A program made the position numbers and the translations under genes. From IMG/VR virus record IMGVR_UViG_3300043447_000200, positions 1 to 57,920 of that record: a stretch of 57,920 nt of DNA; one strand, given 5' to 3'. The notes beneath the pieces are model-generated. The model was not told the origin of the DNA. It was given only the letters and a program-made list of their open reading frames with translations, and made no database searches. Numbering within the stretch: position 1 is the stretch's first letter; the number at the start of each line of letters is the position of its first letter. Source of the stretch: a virus. Lineage: Duplodnaviria; Caudoviricetes. Below, piece after piece: positions 8,847 to 20,600 of the stretch.

Positions 8847-9431
8847 ATGCTCGACCCTCGAAATCTTCGCAGCAGCCTTGCTCGGCATCTTGGTCAAACC
8901 TTGACGCCAGAGCTTGCTTCGCAGATCGAGATCGAGGCTGGCGTCCAATCAAGTGATTGGCTGAATTTCCACAATCTTGTGGAGCCTCAGGTGTGGGGTG
9001 ATTACATGTTTGCAGCAGAAGATGTCGAACCGATCGCAGGTCAAATCTGCGATATGGCTGGGCAAATGTCTGCCGAACTGTCGTCTGTAACTAGACCGAA
9101 GGCTCCGAGCCAATTTGATCTTATGGCGCTTCAATCGCGTGGTCAGATCACATTCACCATTCGCAAGGGTGGTGACCTCATTGGCATGTGCTTTGTTGCA
9201 CCTGTGCGTGATGGTTGTTCGGACGCTGGCATGTACATCCTGCCAAACCACCGTGGCGGCATGGCGTCCATGCGATTTGTTAAATATATCGAAGAGCAGG
9301 TTCGTCTGCTTGGCGCTAGATGGATGTTGTGGGAGTGTGATGCGAAGTCACGCACTCAGTTGATGGCAAAGCGTATGTGCCATCCACTGATCTCACAACG
9401 ATTTCTAGCCAAGTTTTCCGAAGGGGAATAA
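8847..9431 (+). CDS. GNAT-like acetyltransferase
   Basis: MYILPNHRGG acetyl-CoA-binding-like motif; a common position upstream of podovirus ejection genes. Confidence 0.6.
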   Translation: MLDPRNLRSSLARHLGQTLTPELASQIEIEAGVQSSDWLNFHNLVEPQVWGDYMFAAEDVEPIAGQICDMAGQMSAELSSVTRPKAPSQFDLMALQSRGQITFTIRKGGDLIGMCFVAPVRDGCSDAGMYILPNHRGGMASMRFVKYIEEQVRLLGARWMLWECDAKSRTQLMAKRMCHPLISQRFLAKFSEGE

Positions 9432-9434
9432 GTC

Positions 9435-10454
9435 ATGGGTGGTATTGTTGATATGGTGTTTGGCGGAAGCGATGCTCCCGCTCCAGATCCGAAGATTGGT
9501 GAGGCTGCATCGGCCAACGCCGCGGTTGCGAAAGAGTCATTAGACTTTTATAAAACCATTTACGAGCGTGACATCGCTCCAGCGCAGAAGCGTGACCTTG
9601 ACATGCGCGAGGCTTTGATCAATGACACGAGATCTAGCCTGGCTCAACAGAAGAAGTTTGCCGAAGAGCAGAACGATTATTACAAGAGCACCTTCCAGCC
9701 CATTGAAAAGAAGATGGCGCAGGAGGCGATGGAGTATGACTCTGACGCCAACGTCAACAGGCGTATGGGCATCGCGTCAGCAAACGTCAACCAACAGTTC
9801 TCCAACGCTCGTGGCCAAGGCATGCGAGCTTTGTCTCGTTACGGCATTGGCCTCAACCCAGAAGCCTTTGCTCGCGAGAACCAGAAGCTCACCACCTCTC
9901 AGGCTCTAGCGTCCTCTGGCGCACAGACCGGCGCGGCATTCGAGACCCAAGACAAGGGCATCGCCCTCCGTGCTGGCGCTGCGAACTTCGGTCGCAACAT
10001 GCCCAACACCGCGGCAACCTACTACGCCAACACAAACAACACAGCCAACACCGCATCAGGCATCTCGTCTGGCGGCATCAACAACATTGCCACCGGCACT
10101 GGTGTGATGGGTCAAGGCTTCAACACTGCGATCGCAGGCAACCAATCTGCTGGCAACCTGATGCTCGGCGACTTCAATGCCCGTATGCAAGGTTATGTTG
10201 CAGACCAGAACCTCAAAGGCTCTATGTACGAGGGTATCGGTATGGCTGCTGGCATGGCCTACAAGAAGGCAGACGGCGGCGTTATCGAAGGGCCAGGTGG
10301 TCCACGCGATGACAAGATCCCAACGCTTCTGTCTGACGGCGAATTCGTTTTGAACGAAGGCGCGGTCAAGCATTTCGGTCTGTCAAAGTTAAACAAGATG
10401 AATGAGATCGGCCTCCAAAACCAAGAGCGCCGTGGCTTGATTAGGAGAGCATGA
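9435..10454 (+). CDS. Ejection (internal virion/DNA transfer) protein
   Basis: A/G/N/Q-rich; C-terminal ADGG..GPG..DD.IP..LSDGEFV motif. Confidence 0.65.
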   Translation: MGGIVDMVFGGSDAPAPDPKIGEAASANAAVAKESLDFYKTIYERDIAPAQKRDLDMREALINDTRSSLAQQKKFAEEQNDYYKSTFQPIEKKMAQEAMEYDSDANVNRRMGIASANVNQQFSNARGQGMRALSRYGIGLNPEAFARENQKLTTSQALASSGAQTGAAFETQDKGIALRAGAANFGRNMPNTAATYYANTNNTANTASGISSGGINNIATGTGVMGQGFNTAIAGNQSAGNLMLGDFNARMQGYVADQNLKGSMYEGIGMAAGMAYKKADGGVIEGPGGPRDDKIPTLLSDGEFVLNEGAVKHFGLSKLNKMNEIGLQNQERRGLIRRA

Positions 10455-11596
10455 TGGCAACAGCAGGTATCGGTGGATTCGCTAAAGGCTTTGCCAGTGG
10501 CATGCGTTTGCAGTCAGACATGCAGGACTCTGAGGCCAAGCGCGGCCTGATGGATCTTCAGCGCCAAAGCGAAGAACTCAAGATAGGTCGTGAGCAGCAG
10601 ATGGCTGACCTCAGCAAGAATATGGGATTGGAGCAAAAGAGCTTCATCGACCGCGCAGGCGAGTACGAGGGCCTTGATGACGTCAAGGCGGCTGATTTGA
10701 ACTACACCCGTATGGGCGCCTTGCTCAAGCAGCAAGCGGCCATTGCTGGCAAGAACCCGTTCGAGGTTGATGAGTCGATCAACAGGCTGCGCAAAGAGCG
10801 ATTCAGCGAACGCGTGATGCAAGGCACAAACTTGCTCAAGGCTGGCGACGACAAGGGCTTCGATGTTTTGAAGCCGGTCTACAACAGCCTGTTCAAAGAT
10901 GGCAGTGAGCTGATCGGCGGCAAGTACAACAAGGATTCAGACACCTTCACTCTGGCGTACAAGGACAAGGATGGCGTCGAGCAAACACGCGATGTCAAGC
11001 GTGAGCAGTTCACCGAGGGCATGATCCCCTTGGCGCTCAATGCTGCCGACGCAGCCAAGTACATGATGCAGAACAAAGAGATGGAGATGAAGGTTCGCGA
11101 GAACGAGAAGGAGCGCACCTTCCGCGCTGGCGAAGGCGAGAAGGAGCGTTCAAACCGCGTTGGCATAGCCATGATTGGTGAGCGCGGCGCTAACTCTCGT
11201 GCCGAGATGGGCCTCAAGGGAACCATATACGCCGCAGACAAGGGCGCTGAAAGCCGCTCTAGCCTGCGTCAAGAAGGCATTGACCAGAAGAACCTTGATG
11301 ACGTGCAGAAGGAATACAACATTGCGATCGGTTTCACCGAGTCTCGCAGTGGCATCTTCTCTCCTCAAGAGATCGCTCAAATGAACCTGGATCGCGCAGA
11401 TGCCATGCAGATGTATCGCCTGACCAAGCAACACACCAATCAAAATCTGACAGGTAGCGAACTTCGCATGTTGCAAGACGCGGTTCGCTCTAACAAAGCA
11501 AAAGTTAAGGTCGATCAAGCAAGCGGTCTGGCTGGCGTTGAATACAACGGCGTAAGAGCGGTTGTTCCTGCATCAGCATTTGCGCCGAAGCAATAA
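10451..11596 (+). CDS. Ejection protein (putative)
   Basis: GGFAKGFASG N-terminus, helical and charged, located between the ejection gene and the giant protein. Confidence 0.55.
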   Translation: MMATAGIGGFAKGFASGMRLQSDMQDSEAKRGLMDLQRQSEELKIGREQQMADLSKNMGLEQKSFIDRAGEYEGLDDVKAADLNYTRMGALLKQQAAIAGKNPFEVDESINRLRKERFSERVMQGTNLLKAGDDKGFDVLKPVYNSLFKDGSELIGGKYNKDSDTFTLAYKDKDGVEQTRDVKREQFTEGMIPLALNAADAAKYMMQNKEMEMKVRENEKERTFRAGEGEKERSNRVGIAMIGERGANSRAEMGLKGTIYAADKGAESRSSLRQEGIDQKNLDDVQKEYNIAIGFTESRSGIFSPQEIAQMNLDRADAMQMYRLTKQHTNQNLTGSELRMLQDAVRSNKAKVKVDQASGLAGVEYNGVRAVVPASAFAPKQ

Positions 11597-11605
11597 GGAG
11601 TTTCC

Positions 11606-14600
11606 ATGGCGACTGGAGTTAACCTCTCCGCCCTGTTTGACAATCCACCACAGGGCGCAGGGGCAGTTGCTCCTGCCGCTCCGTCCGTCAATCGAACAGG
11701 CGTAAATCTCGACAACCTCTTCTACAAGGACAGCGAACAAGCTGGTTCAGAGGTTCGCAGGGGCGGTATTGCGCCGCCTCCTCAGACCGTTCAGCCGACC
11801 ACTCCAATCGAGCCAGAACGCTCGCAAACTCGAATCCTAGACCTGGGTACCAACTACACCTACAACGGCCCACGCATCGAGGATCCAGCCCCCAAAGAGC
11901 CAGGCTTGAACCTGATGGGTTCTGCCGCCAAGGGCATCAAAGCGGTCAAGCTGACATGGGACTTTCTGGCCAACAAGCTGGAGAACGCCGTCACCGGATC
12001 TGATGAGGACACCGGTGCGATCTTGGCCAAGAGCGCTGCCGAATACAAAGCCATGGAATCTGACCCTCGCATTGCCGAGATGGTCAAGAAGGGTGACAAC
12101 GCAGAAACCACCCCTGCCGCTGTGTACGACATGCTCTCGTTTGCCGTGCGCAACCCCACCATGGTGGCCAACTTCGTGGCCGAGCAAGTTCCTTCCGTCG
12201 TTGTTGGTGGTGGACTCGGTGCTGTGGCTACCGCACCCGTTCGCGCTGGCATCACCGGCCTTGCTACCCGAGCTGGCGCAAGCGCTGCAACCCAAGCTGT
12301 CGTGGGCGCTGGTGCTACCGGCGCATCCGTAGCCTCGTCTGCCGTGGTGCTGCAATCCCTTGGCTCGAACTATGCCGAGGGCCTGGACAAGTTCAAAGGC
12401 GACAAGGATCTGGCGTCAGACTACGCCGTGACCAAGACCGCCAACGAAGTGCCTGCAAACGCCATTGCTGGCGCTTTCCTGGGCTTCAACCCCTTTGCAT
12501 CCAAGATCGCCAACATCGCCCTGCAAGCCAACATCCAAGGTGTTGGTGGTGCAACTGGCGCTTACATGGCGTCCAAGTCGGTTGGCGAAGATCCAAGCCG
12601 TGGCGAGATGCTGCTCGAGTATTTGGGCGAAGCTGCCTCAGCGCCTGTCGACATCGGCATTGAGAAGCTGTCACAGCGTAAAGCTGGCGCAGCCGACACG
12701 ACCGCTGTCAACCCGCCTCCTGCTGGCTCCGTGCCGCCCGCTGGTCCTGTGGTCGACGACACACAAACCGAACGCCAAGGGCTGCAAGTCATCCCCCGCA
12801 AGGAGCTGCTTGCCACCCTCAAGGACATGGATGCCGTTGCCTACCTGTACAGCACAGGCAACAAAGAGCAGAAGCAAAGCATCGAAACCGCGATCGACCG
12901 TGCCGGTACTGATTACCGCCAAGCATTCGACGCAACCGTTGGTCGTGAGCAAAACATCATGGCTGGTGAGCGCAAGCTCGGCCAAGAGCCTTTGTTCGTT
13001 GACTCGCTGCGCAACGCGATCGACGTATTCGGGAATACCCTTAATCTCAACTCAACCGCCAAGGTCGCCAAGAAGCCTGCCGTTGAGCCAGCCCCGATCG
13101 ACGACCCTGACTTTGTGGCTAATCAGGACGCCGAAGCCGAGCGTATTCTGGCTGACGCGGAGCGCCGCAAGAGCCAGCAAAAGCCAGCTCCTTTGAACCT
13201 GCCAGAAGGCGTCAAGTTCGCCGACCTGCCAGCTCAAGAGAAGGTCAAGGCCCTGGCTGCTGACGCGCCCTCTGCCGATTGGGAGAAGGGCAAGGCGAAC
13301 CAATACGGCGTGACCACACACTTTGGACCTGAGAGCCAAAGCGCTGATGTGCGCCCTACCCGCTTCTCGCATCCAGCTCTGCCCAACCTGTTTTACGACA
13401 GCGAGCGCAAGCTGTTCGACTCTTTGAAGATCCGCAAGGACGCCAAGGAAAAGGGTTTGTGGACTGCTGCTCGTCCAGCCGAAAGCACATCCAAGGTTTT
13501 GAACGTCAACAAGACGGCGACCCAGATTCAAGAAGCCGCTGACCAGGCTGCGACCAGCCCCAACAACGATCTGCCTGAGCCAACCGAAGGCCAGAAGAAG
13601 GCTGGAAACTACACCAAGGGTCACACCACCCTGCAAGGTATCGACATCACCATCGAGAACCCTCGTGATTCAAACCGTAGCGGCACATCGCCAGACGGCA
13701 CGAGCTGGTCAAACAAGATGGCGCACCACTACGGCTACATCAAAGGCTCTGTTGGCGCTGACAAAGACCATGTCGACACCTTTATTGGGGAAAACCCTGA
13801 TAGCAAGAAGGCGTTCGTCATTGACCAAGTGAACCCTGATGGCTCATTCGACGAGCACAAGGTCATGCTTGGCTTCGACACAGCCGAGGAAGCTCGTGCT
13901 GGCTACCTCGCCAACTACTCCAAAGGCTGGACCGGTCTCGGCGCCATGACCGAGATGCCTGTTGAGGCGCTCAAGTCATGGGTCAAGGACGGCAAGAAGA
14001 AGCAGCCATTGGGCGACCTCGAGGCCAAGCCACAGAGCGAAGTCGACAAGGCCAAGCAGGACCTGAAAGACGCCGCCTTCGACTTGTGGGATGTGGCGTC
14101 TGACGCCGCAGGCACAAAGATGAACATCACTGGCAAGCGCTACACCGTGGCCGACTTGCCAAAGGCAATCCAAAAGGTGATGGAAGCCCTGGTCAAACTC
14201 GGCTATGTCCAGTTTAAGGACATGTCTGCCGAGCTGATGAAGCGCATGCGCGCCAACGAGAACTGGAAAGATCTCGCAGACAACGTTTCCCCCGCCATGC
14301 TGCGTCAGGCGTACAAGAAGCTGGCCGATTTCGACGGCAAGCAGACTGACGCCGAAGTTGACGCCGTGCTTGGCAAGGATCTGGAATCCGTCACCCGCGG
14401 TAAGAACACAGCCAAAGAGCCTGTGCGCCCAGCGGAAAAGGAAGAGGTCGTCAAGCCAAAGCAGCAGGCCAAGCCAGCGACCGCACCCGCGCCCAAGACC
14501 GTCACGCAAGAGATCGCCAGCCGAATCGAAAAGCTCGATCTCGGCAAGGAGCGCACTCAAGCCAAAGAGCTGCTGCGTCAAGGCAAGTACGACGAGGCAG

Positions 14601-17600
14601 AGGCTGTCGTCAACAACTTCTACAAGAAGCAGGCCGAAGCCAAGAAAGCTGACCTGCTCGGCGCTCGTCGCAAGGCAGAGCAACTGGAGAAGGTGAAGAA
14701 CGCATTCAAGATCAGCGAAGCGATCCTGACCAACTTCCAGAACCGCACCAACGCCTCACGCAAGCGCGATGGCCTTGAGCCTATCGACGTTGTGCCTGAC
14801 TTCAAAGCACAGCTCGATGCCTTGCTTGGCGCTGACACCACACAGATGAACGTTGAGCGAGCCAACGAGTTGATCTCGTATCAGGCTTCTATCCTTGCTC
14901 GCATGCTGATCCGCAACGGCAAGATCAACGCTGGCGGCAAGCTGTTCAAGGCGATGAACTTGGGCTACGAGCAGGTCATCAAGACCATGCAGTCCATCCG
15001 CGCCGGTGCTGATGTTTCTCCTGGCGAGATCAGCGGCGGCAAGATCCAAGACAAGCGCCCAACCATTCCGAACAATGAGTTGGCCAAGTACCCATCTCTG
15101 GAGCGCCGCGTCAACGAGATGCGAGCCAAGCTCCAGTTGCTCGAGTCTTCGTCTGACGCCAAGGAAAAAGAAGTCAAAGCAGCCAAGGGCGACTTGATCG
15201 ACATGCTCAAGTACCTCGGCACACAGGACATGAAGAAGCTCAAGGATATGGACGATACCTGGGCGGCTTTGTACAAGGCTGAGGCTGGCGAGAAGCAGGC
15301 TCAGATGCGCCTTGACCTGGGCGAGAACCAACGCACTGAGCGTCAGCTCAAACTCGACACTCGATTCAAGAACATCATCAACGACATCACTGGCGCCAAC
15401 CTGCTCAAAGAAGCGATGCAGGATCTGCGCGACAAGATCGAACGCCTCGATGCGCTGATTGCGCAGGAAGATCGACCATACCGCCCAGACGAACTGCGCG
15501 GCTTGTTCGGCATGTTCGATGAGAGCACATACGCCCGTGATGAAGAAGGCTTCCGTGGTGACCGTGCCAACACAACTCGTGACGATCTGGTCTACGAGCG
15601 CTCACGCTTGTCGAAAGAACTTTCCGAAGCAACCAAGGACGGTATCAAAGGCAAGGCCAAGCGTCTTGAAAAAGGTATCGAGAAGCTGCGCGATCGCATG
15701 ATCAACGCTGGCCAATCTGCTGTTGCTGGCGGCATGTCATTCGAGGATGTTGCTCAAGTGATGGGCAAGTACCTGCAAGACCTGGGCTTCGCGCAGAACG
15801 GCGGCATCGTCAACGTCAACAAGGATGTTGAAGAGCAATTCAACCAAGGCGAGAAGGACATCGCTGAGTCGCAGACCTTTGACCTGTTCGAAGAGAACAA
15901 GGCAGTCGAGCAGCTTGCCGCTGGCGAGTTGTCTGCACAAGAAGCAGCTAAGGTTGCTGGCGTCCTTGACCCCAGGACCACTGTCGTTGAGGCGATGAAT
16001 GTCTTGGCTCGTCAGATCAAGGATCTTGGCAAGACAGGCTTCGAAGCTGAGTACACATCCAAGCTGCGTCAAGTATCAGGCTGGATCGCAAAGAACATGC
16101 GAGCCAACACCCTGCTCTTCTCGCAGGTTCAAGACGCTTTCCGCGGCAACGGTATCGACCTGCCAATCGAGATGGTGAACAACACCATGGTGGCGATGCA
16201 CACCCCCATGCTCGAGTACGCCAAGCAACAAGGTGGCGGCTACGCTCCTCGCGAGTTCTGGCTGCGCTCGATGGATCAAGCGATTGAGTTCAACCCTGAT
16301 GTTGAAACAAACGGCACATTCACTGATGCCGAACTTGCCATGTACGACGAGTGGAAAGAGCGCCAGCAAGCCTTGCGTGATCGCAGGGATGATGCGCGTA
16401 TCGAAGAGTCGCCCTCGATGCAGGATGCCTTCTCCGGCATGCTGTTCATGCGCTACTCGCTGGCTCAGATGAAGAACCCTCGCTTGATTGCGAACGAGCG
16501 TGACCGTCTGAACCTGACCAACTCGATCCCTGATCTGGTCAACGCATGGCATGCTGACCTGGAGCTTGCTCTCCAGAAGCGCTCTGACCTTTTCAAACAA
16601 CTGACAGACGCCGAAGACGGCGCTGTGCTGCCAACCGACTACGCAGAACATCAGGCATGGCGTGAACGCAAAGCCAAGGCCGATGAGCTGAAAGCCGAGA
16701 TGATTGCCAAGTCTCAGTACTACTTGGCGCTCCCCTCCTTCGAGGGCTTGAGCGACGAGCAGGTTGATGCCTTGCGCACCAAGCTCGTTCAGTCCGACGT
16801 GGCTTCTTCTGATTACGTACTTGAGCTTGCCAACATGATGGCCGAAGCAAACCAAGCGGCCAAGCCAAGCAAAGACGCCGTGGTGGATCCAGAGACCGGT
16901 GAGCTGGTCGACCCCGCGGAACTTGCTCGATCACAAATCGTCGACGACATGCTGGCTCGTGACCAGAGCATTGAGGCTTTGGCTGAGGCTTTCGGCACAC
17001 GCGACAAGAAGAAGTTGGCTCCGATCATGCAGTCGATGGACGCTGGCACAGCCGATGTGACCACCGCCGAGGGCAGCTTTGCTCGTCTGGCTGACGAGTC
17101 TGGCTCTGGCGAGTTCATGCCGGATCCAGAGGATCTCGATTCATACGAGATGCTGCAAGAATCCGCCGAGAACAGCGAAGGAATGGACGGCCTCGATGAT
17201 CCCCTGCGCTTCAAGCATGGCTTCTTCTCTGGCTTGTTGACCAACGCCCAGGTGCAGTCAACTGTGGCTCGCCTGACACAAGGCTGGAAGAGCGCACCTC
17301 AGATCGTCACATTGAAGAACGTGGCGCAGTTGCCTGACGGCCTGCGTGAGCGTGTGATGGAGAAGCTGCAAGGCGACATGGGTGCTCGCGGCCTGTTCGA
17401 CAGCGAGACCGGTGTGACCTACCTGTTCTCCGACATGATGCGCAGCGATGCCGATGTCGAGTTCACGCTCTACCACGAGGTCTATGGCCACCTTGGTATG
17501 CGCGCATTCCTTGGCGCCAAGTTCGATGCAACGCTCAACAGCCTGTACGCCAACCACTCAAGCATCAAGTCCAAGGCTGATGCCTTGATTGCTGCCGGTC

Positions 17601-20600
17601 GCCCCAAGCTGGAGGCGATCGACGAGGTGCTGGCTGACATGGCAGGCAAGAACGAACAGGCTGGCGCAGTCAAGCAGTGGGTCGGTCAGATGATCGACGG
17701 TCTGCGTGAATTAGGGTTTACCCGTATCGCAGATTGGATGTCGAAACTCACCGGTGCTGACCTGGCTTACTACCTGAACGGCGCTCGCAAAGCTGCACAG
17801 AACAACGAGTACAAGGTGATGGACGGCGCACCCGCCGAGATCCGCTTGTCCGAAGTCATGCATGACCGCCTGTACGAAATGTTCGCTGTGAAGGATGGCA
17901 AGACCACAGCATACGCTCGCTTCAACCCAATCACTCAATCATGGGCTGTGTTCACCGCGGCAGGCACTGGCAACGACATCCGCGCCGACGGCTACTCTGC
18001 TGGCGCTTACGACAGCTACGAGGCTGTGCTGGCGACGATGCGCAAGAACGGCAAGGTCGAGTTCCGCAAACGCTCTGGCGCATACATCGAAGACAAGATG
18101 CCCAAGGATCTGGCCAAGTTCTCTGAGGTTGCTGACCTCGGCACTGGCGCCAAGGGCATGGTCAAGCGCTGGATGCGTTCACTGATCACTCTGCACCAGA
18201 ACGAATTCCGTCCGATCTTTGACTTGGTTGAATACATTGCTCGCGAAGGTGTGCTGACTCCACGCATGGATGTGAAGACTGCGCTCATCAACTACGAGCG
18301 CCGCACAGCCGAGATCATTCGCTCGTTCAACCAGAGCTATGTGAAGCCCATCGAGCAGCTCGCCAAAGAAGCTGGCGAAATGGGCGCCGACTACGGCACG
18401 ATCAACACCTTCTTGCTGGCTCGTCACGCACCAAGCCGCAACGCTCAGATCGCTCGCATCAACGAGAACTTCCCTGACGGCGGCTCTGGCATGTACACCG
18501 ATGACGCCAAGGCTTTCCTTGAGTCAATCCAAGACGAGCCTTACTTCGAGAAGCTGCAAGAGATCGGCATGTACTTCGATCGCATGAGCGAGTACAAGCT
18601 GGCCTACCAAGTCAAGACCGGCATGATCACTGAGCGCCAAGCTGAGAAGATGGACTCGGTGTATGAGCACTACGTCAACCTGTCTGGCCAGAAGAACAAG
18701 CTCGACCAGTTCGACATCGGTCAGCTCGTTGGCACACGCTTCAACGTCAAGGGTAAAGAGGCTCGCGCCTTCGGTCGTTCTGAGCCAGCCTCAGACATCA
18801 TGGCCAACACAATCCTTGGCATGGAAGCGGCGCTCATCCGTGGCCAGAAGAACATCATTGCTCAACGCTTGCTGAACTTCTTAGAAGCCAACTACGACCC
18901 CAACTTCGCAGCCATCAACGCCATCGAGTACAAGCGCGTGATCGGTGAAGACGGCATGGTCATGGAAGTTGAGGACGGCGACTACATCCGTCGCAAGGAT
19001 GTGATGGTGGCCAAGGTCAACGGTATCCCTGTGACCATCCAGTTCAAGGACACAAGCCCTGGCTCATTTGCCGAGGCTATCCATGGCTCCGTCTATCCTA
19101 CCCAAAGCGGTGATGTGATGGAGTACATGGGCAAATTCAACCAGTTGATCGGTCGCATGCTGACCACACTGAACCCTGCCTGGGTTCCTGTGAACTTTGC
19201 GCGTGATGCTCAGTCGATGTATCTCAACGCCGCCTCTGACGGCAAGATCACCAAAGAGCAAGCGGCAGAAATGTTCAAGCTGCTGCCCAAAGCCATCAAG
19301 ACGGCGTACTACATGGATCGCTCCGAGAACGGCAAAGAGCCGAACATCGAGGTCGATCCAGAACTGATCCGTTTCTACCGCGAGATGCGCACATCAGGCG
19401 GTATGACCAGCTTCTTGAACCGCCGCAGCCTGGAAGAGACCGTGGCTGATGTGAATGTCATGCTCGGAGAAGCAACCAAGGCTCAACAGTTCAAGCAAAA
19501 AGCCAAGGATGTGATTGATTGGATCGAGCACTGGACCATCCCGATGGAAGTTGCGCCTCGTCTTGCTGCCTACAAGGTGGCTCGCGAGGGCGGTATGTCC
19601 AGAGAAGATGCCGCAGCGTTTGCCGGTGAGATCACCGTCAACTTCAACATGCGCGGATCCATGAAGTTCATGCGCCAAGCGTTCCTGTTCTACAACCCTG
19701 CCGTCCAAGGCATGGCCAAGATGGGTTCGTTGTTCTTCGACATCACCCCAGACTACGGCTTGAAGGTGAAGAAGGACAGCCTTGCATGGAAGTTTGCCGG
19801 CGGCCTGATGGTCTTGGGCATGATGACCAACCTGATCGCTCGCGCCACAGGCGACGACGATGAAGCTGGCCGCAACGACCTCGACAAGATCCCGACCTAC
19901 AAGCGGGCTACGTCGATCGTGTTGGCGCCCAATATCCCAGGTGGGGCTATCCCCATCCCTTACGGCTGGAACGCCTTCTACGCCACAGGACACTTCCTGA
20001 TGGACGGCATGCTCGGCATCCAATCGGCTAGCACCACAGCCAAGCGGATCTTCATGGCTACGCTGGACGCCTTCTCGCCGGTTCAAAGCTCTGGCTTAGA
20101 GTCGAAAACCTTGGCCGGCGGTCTGCTCAAGACCGTCTCGCCAACCGGTGTGCTGCCCCTGACCGAGCTGGCTTTGAACGAGAATCGCCAAGGCGCTCCG
20201 ATCTACAAGGAAGACGCCATCTTCGGTGGGCCAGAGCTGCCAAACAGCGAACGCGGGTTCCGTTCGACCTCGCCCATTTCCACCGGCTTGGCCAAGACGC
20301 TGAACCAGTGGGGTGGCAACACCATGCGGTCGGGCTACATCGACATGAACCCCGCGGTCATTGACCACCTAATCAGCTCATACCTCCCAGGCGCGATAAA
20401 TGAGACCTACAAGGGCGCCGGATTGATCGTAAGGGGTGCGCGTGGGGAAGAGGTCAGAAACACGCCCTTGCCCCTTTTGGACCGTCTGACGGCCAAGGTT
20501 TCTGACACCTACGATGCCTCAGCCTTCCGGCGCGCCAGCACCCTGATCAACACCCGTTACAAGGAATACGAGCTGTACCCAGATCGCCGTCAGGAAATCC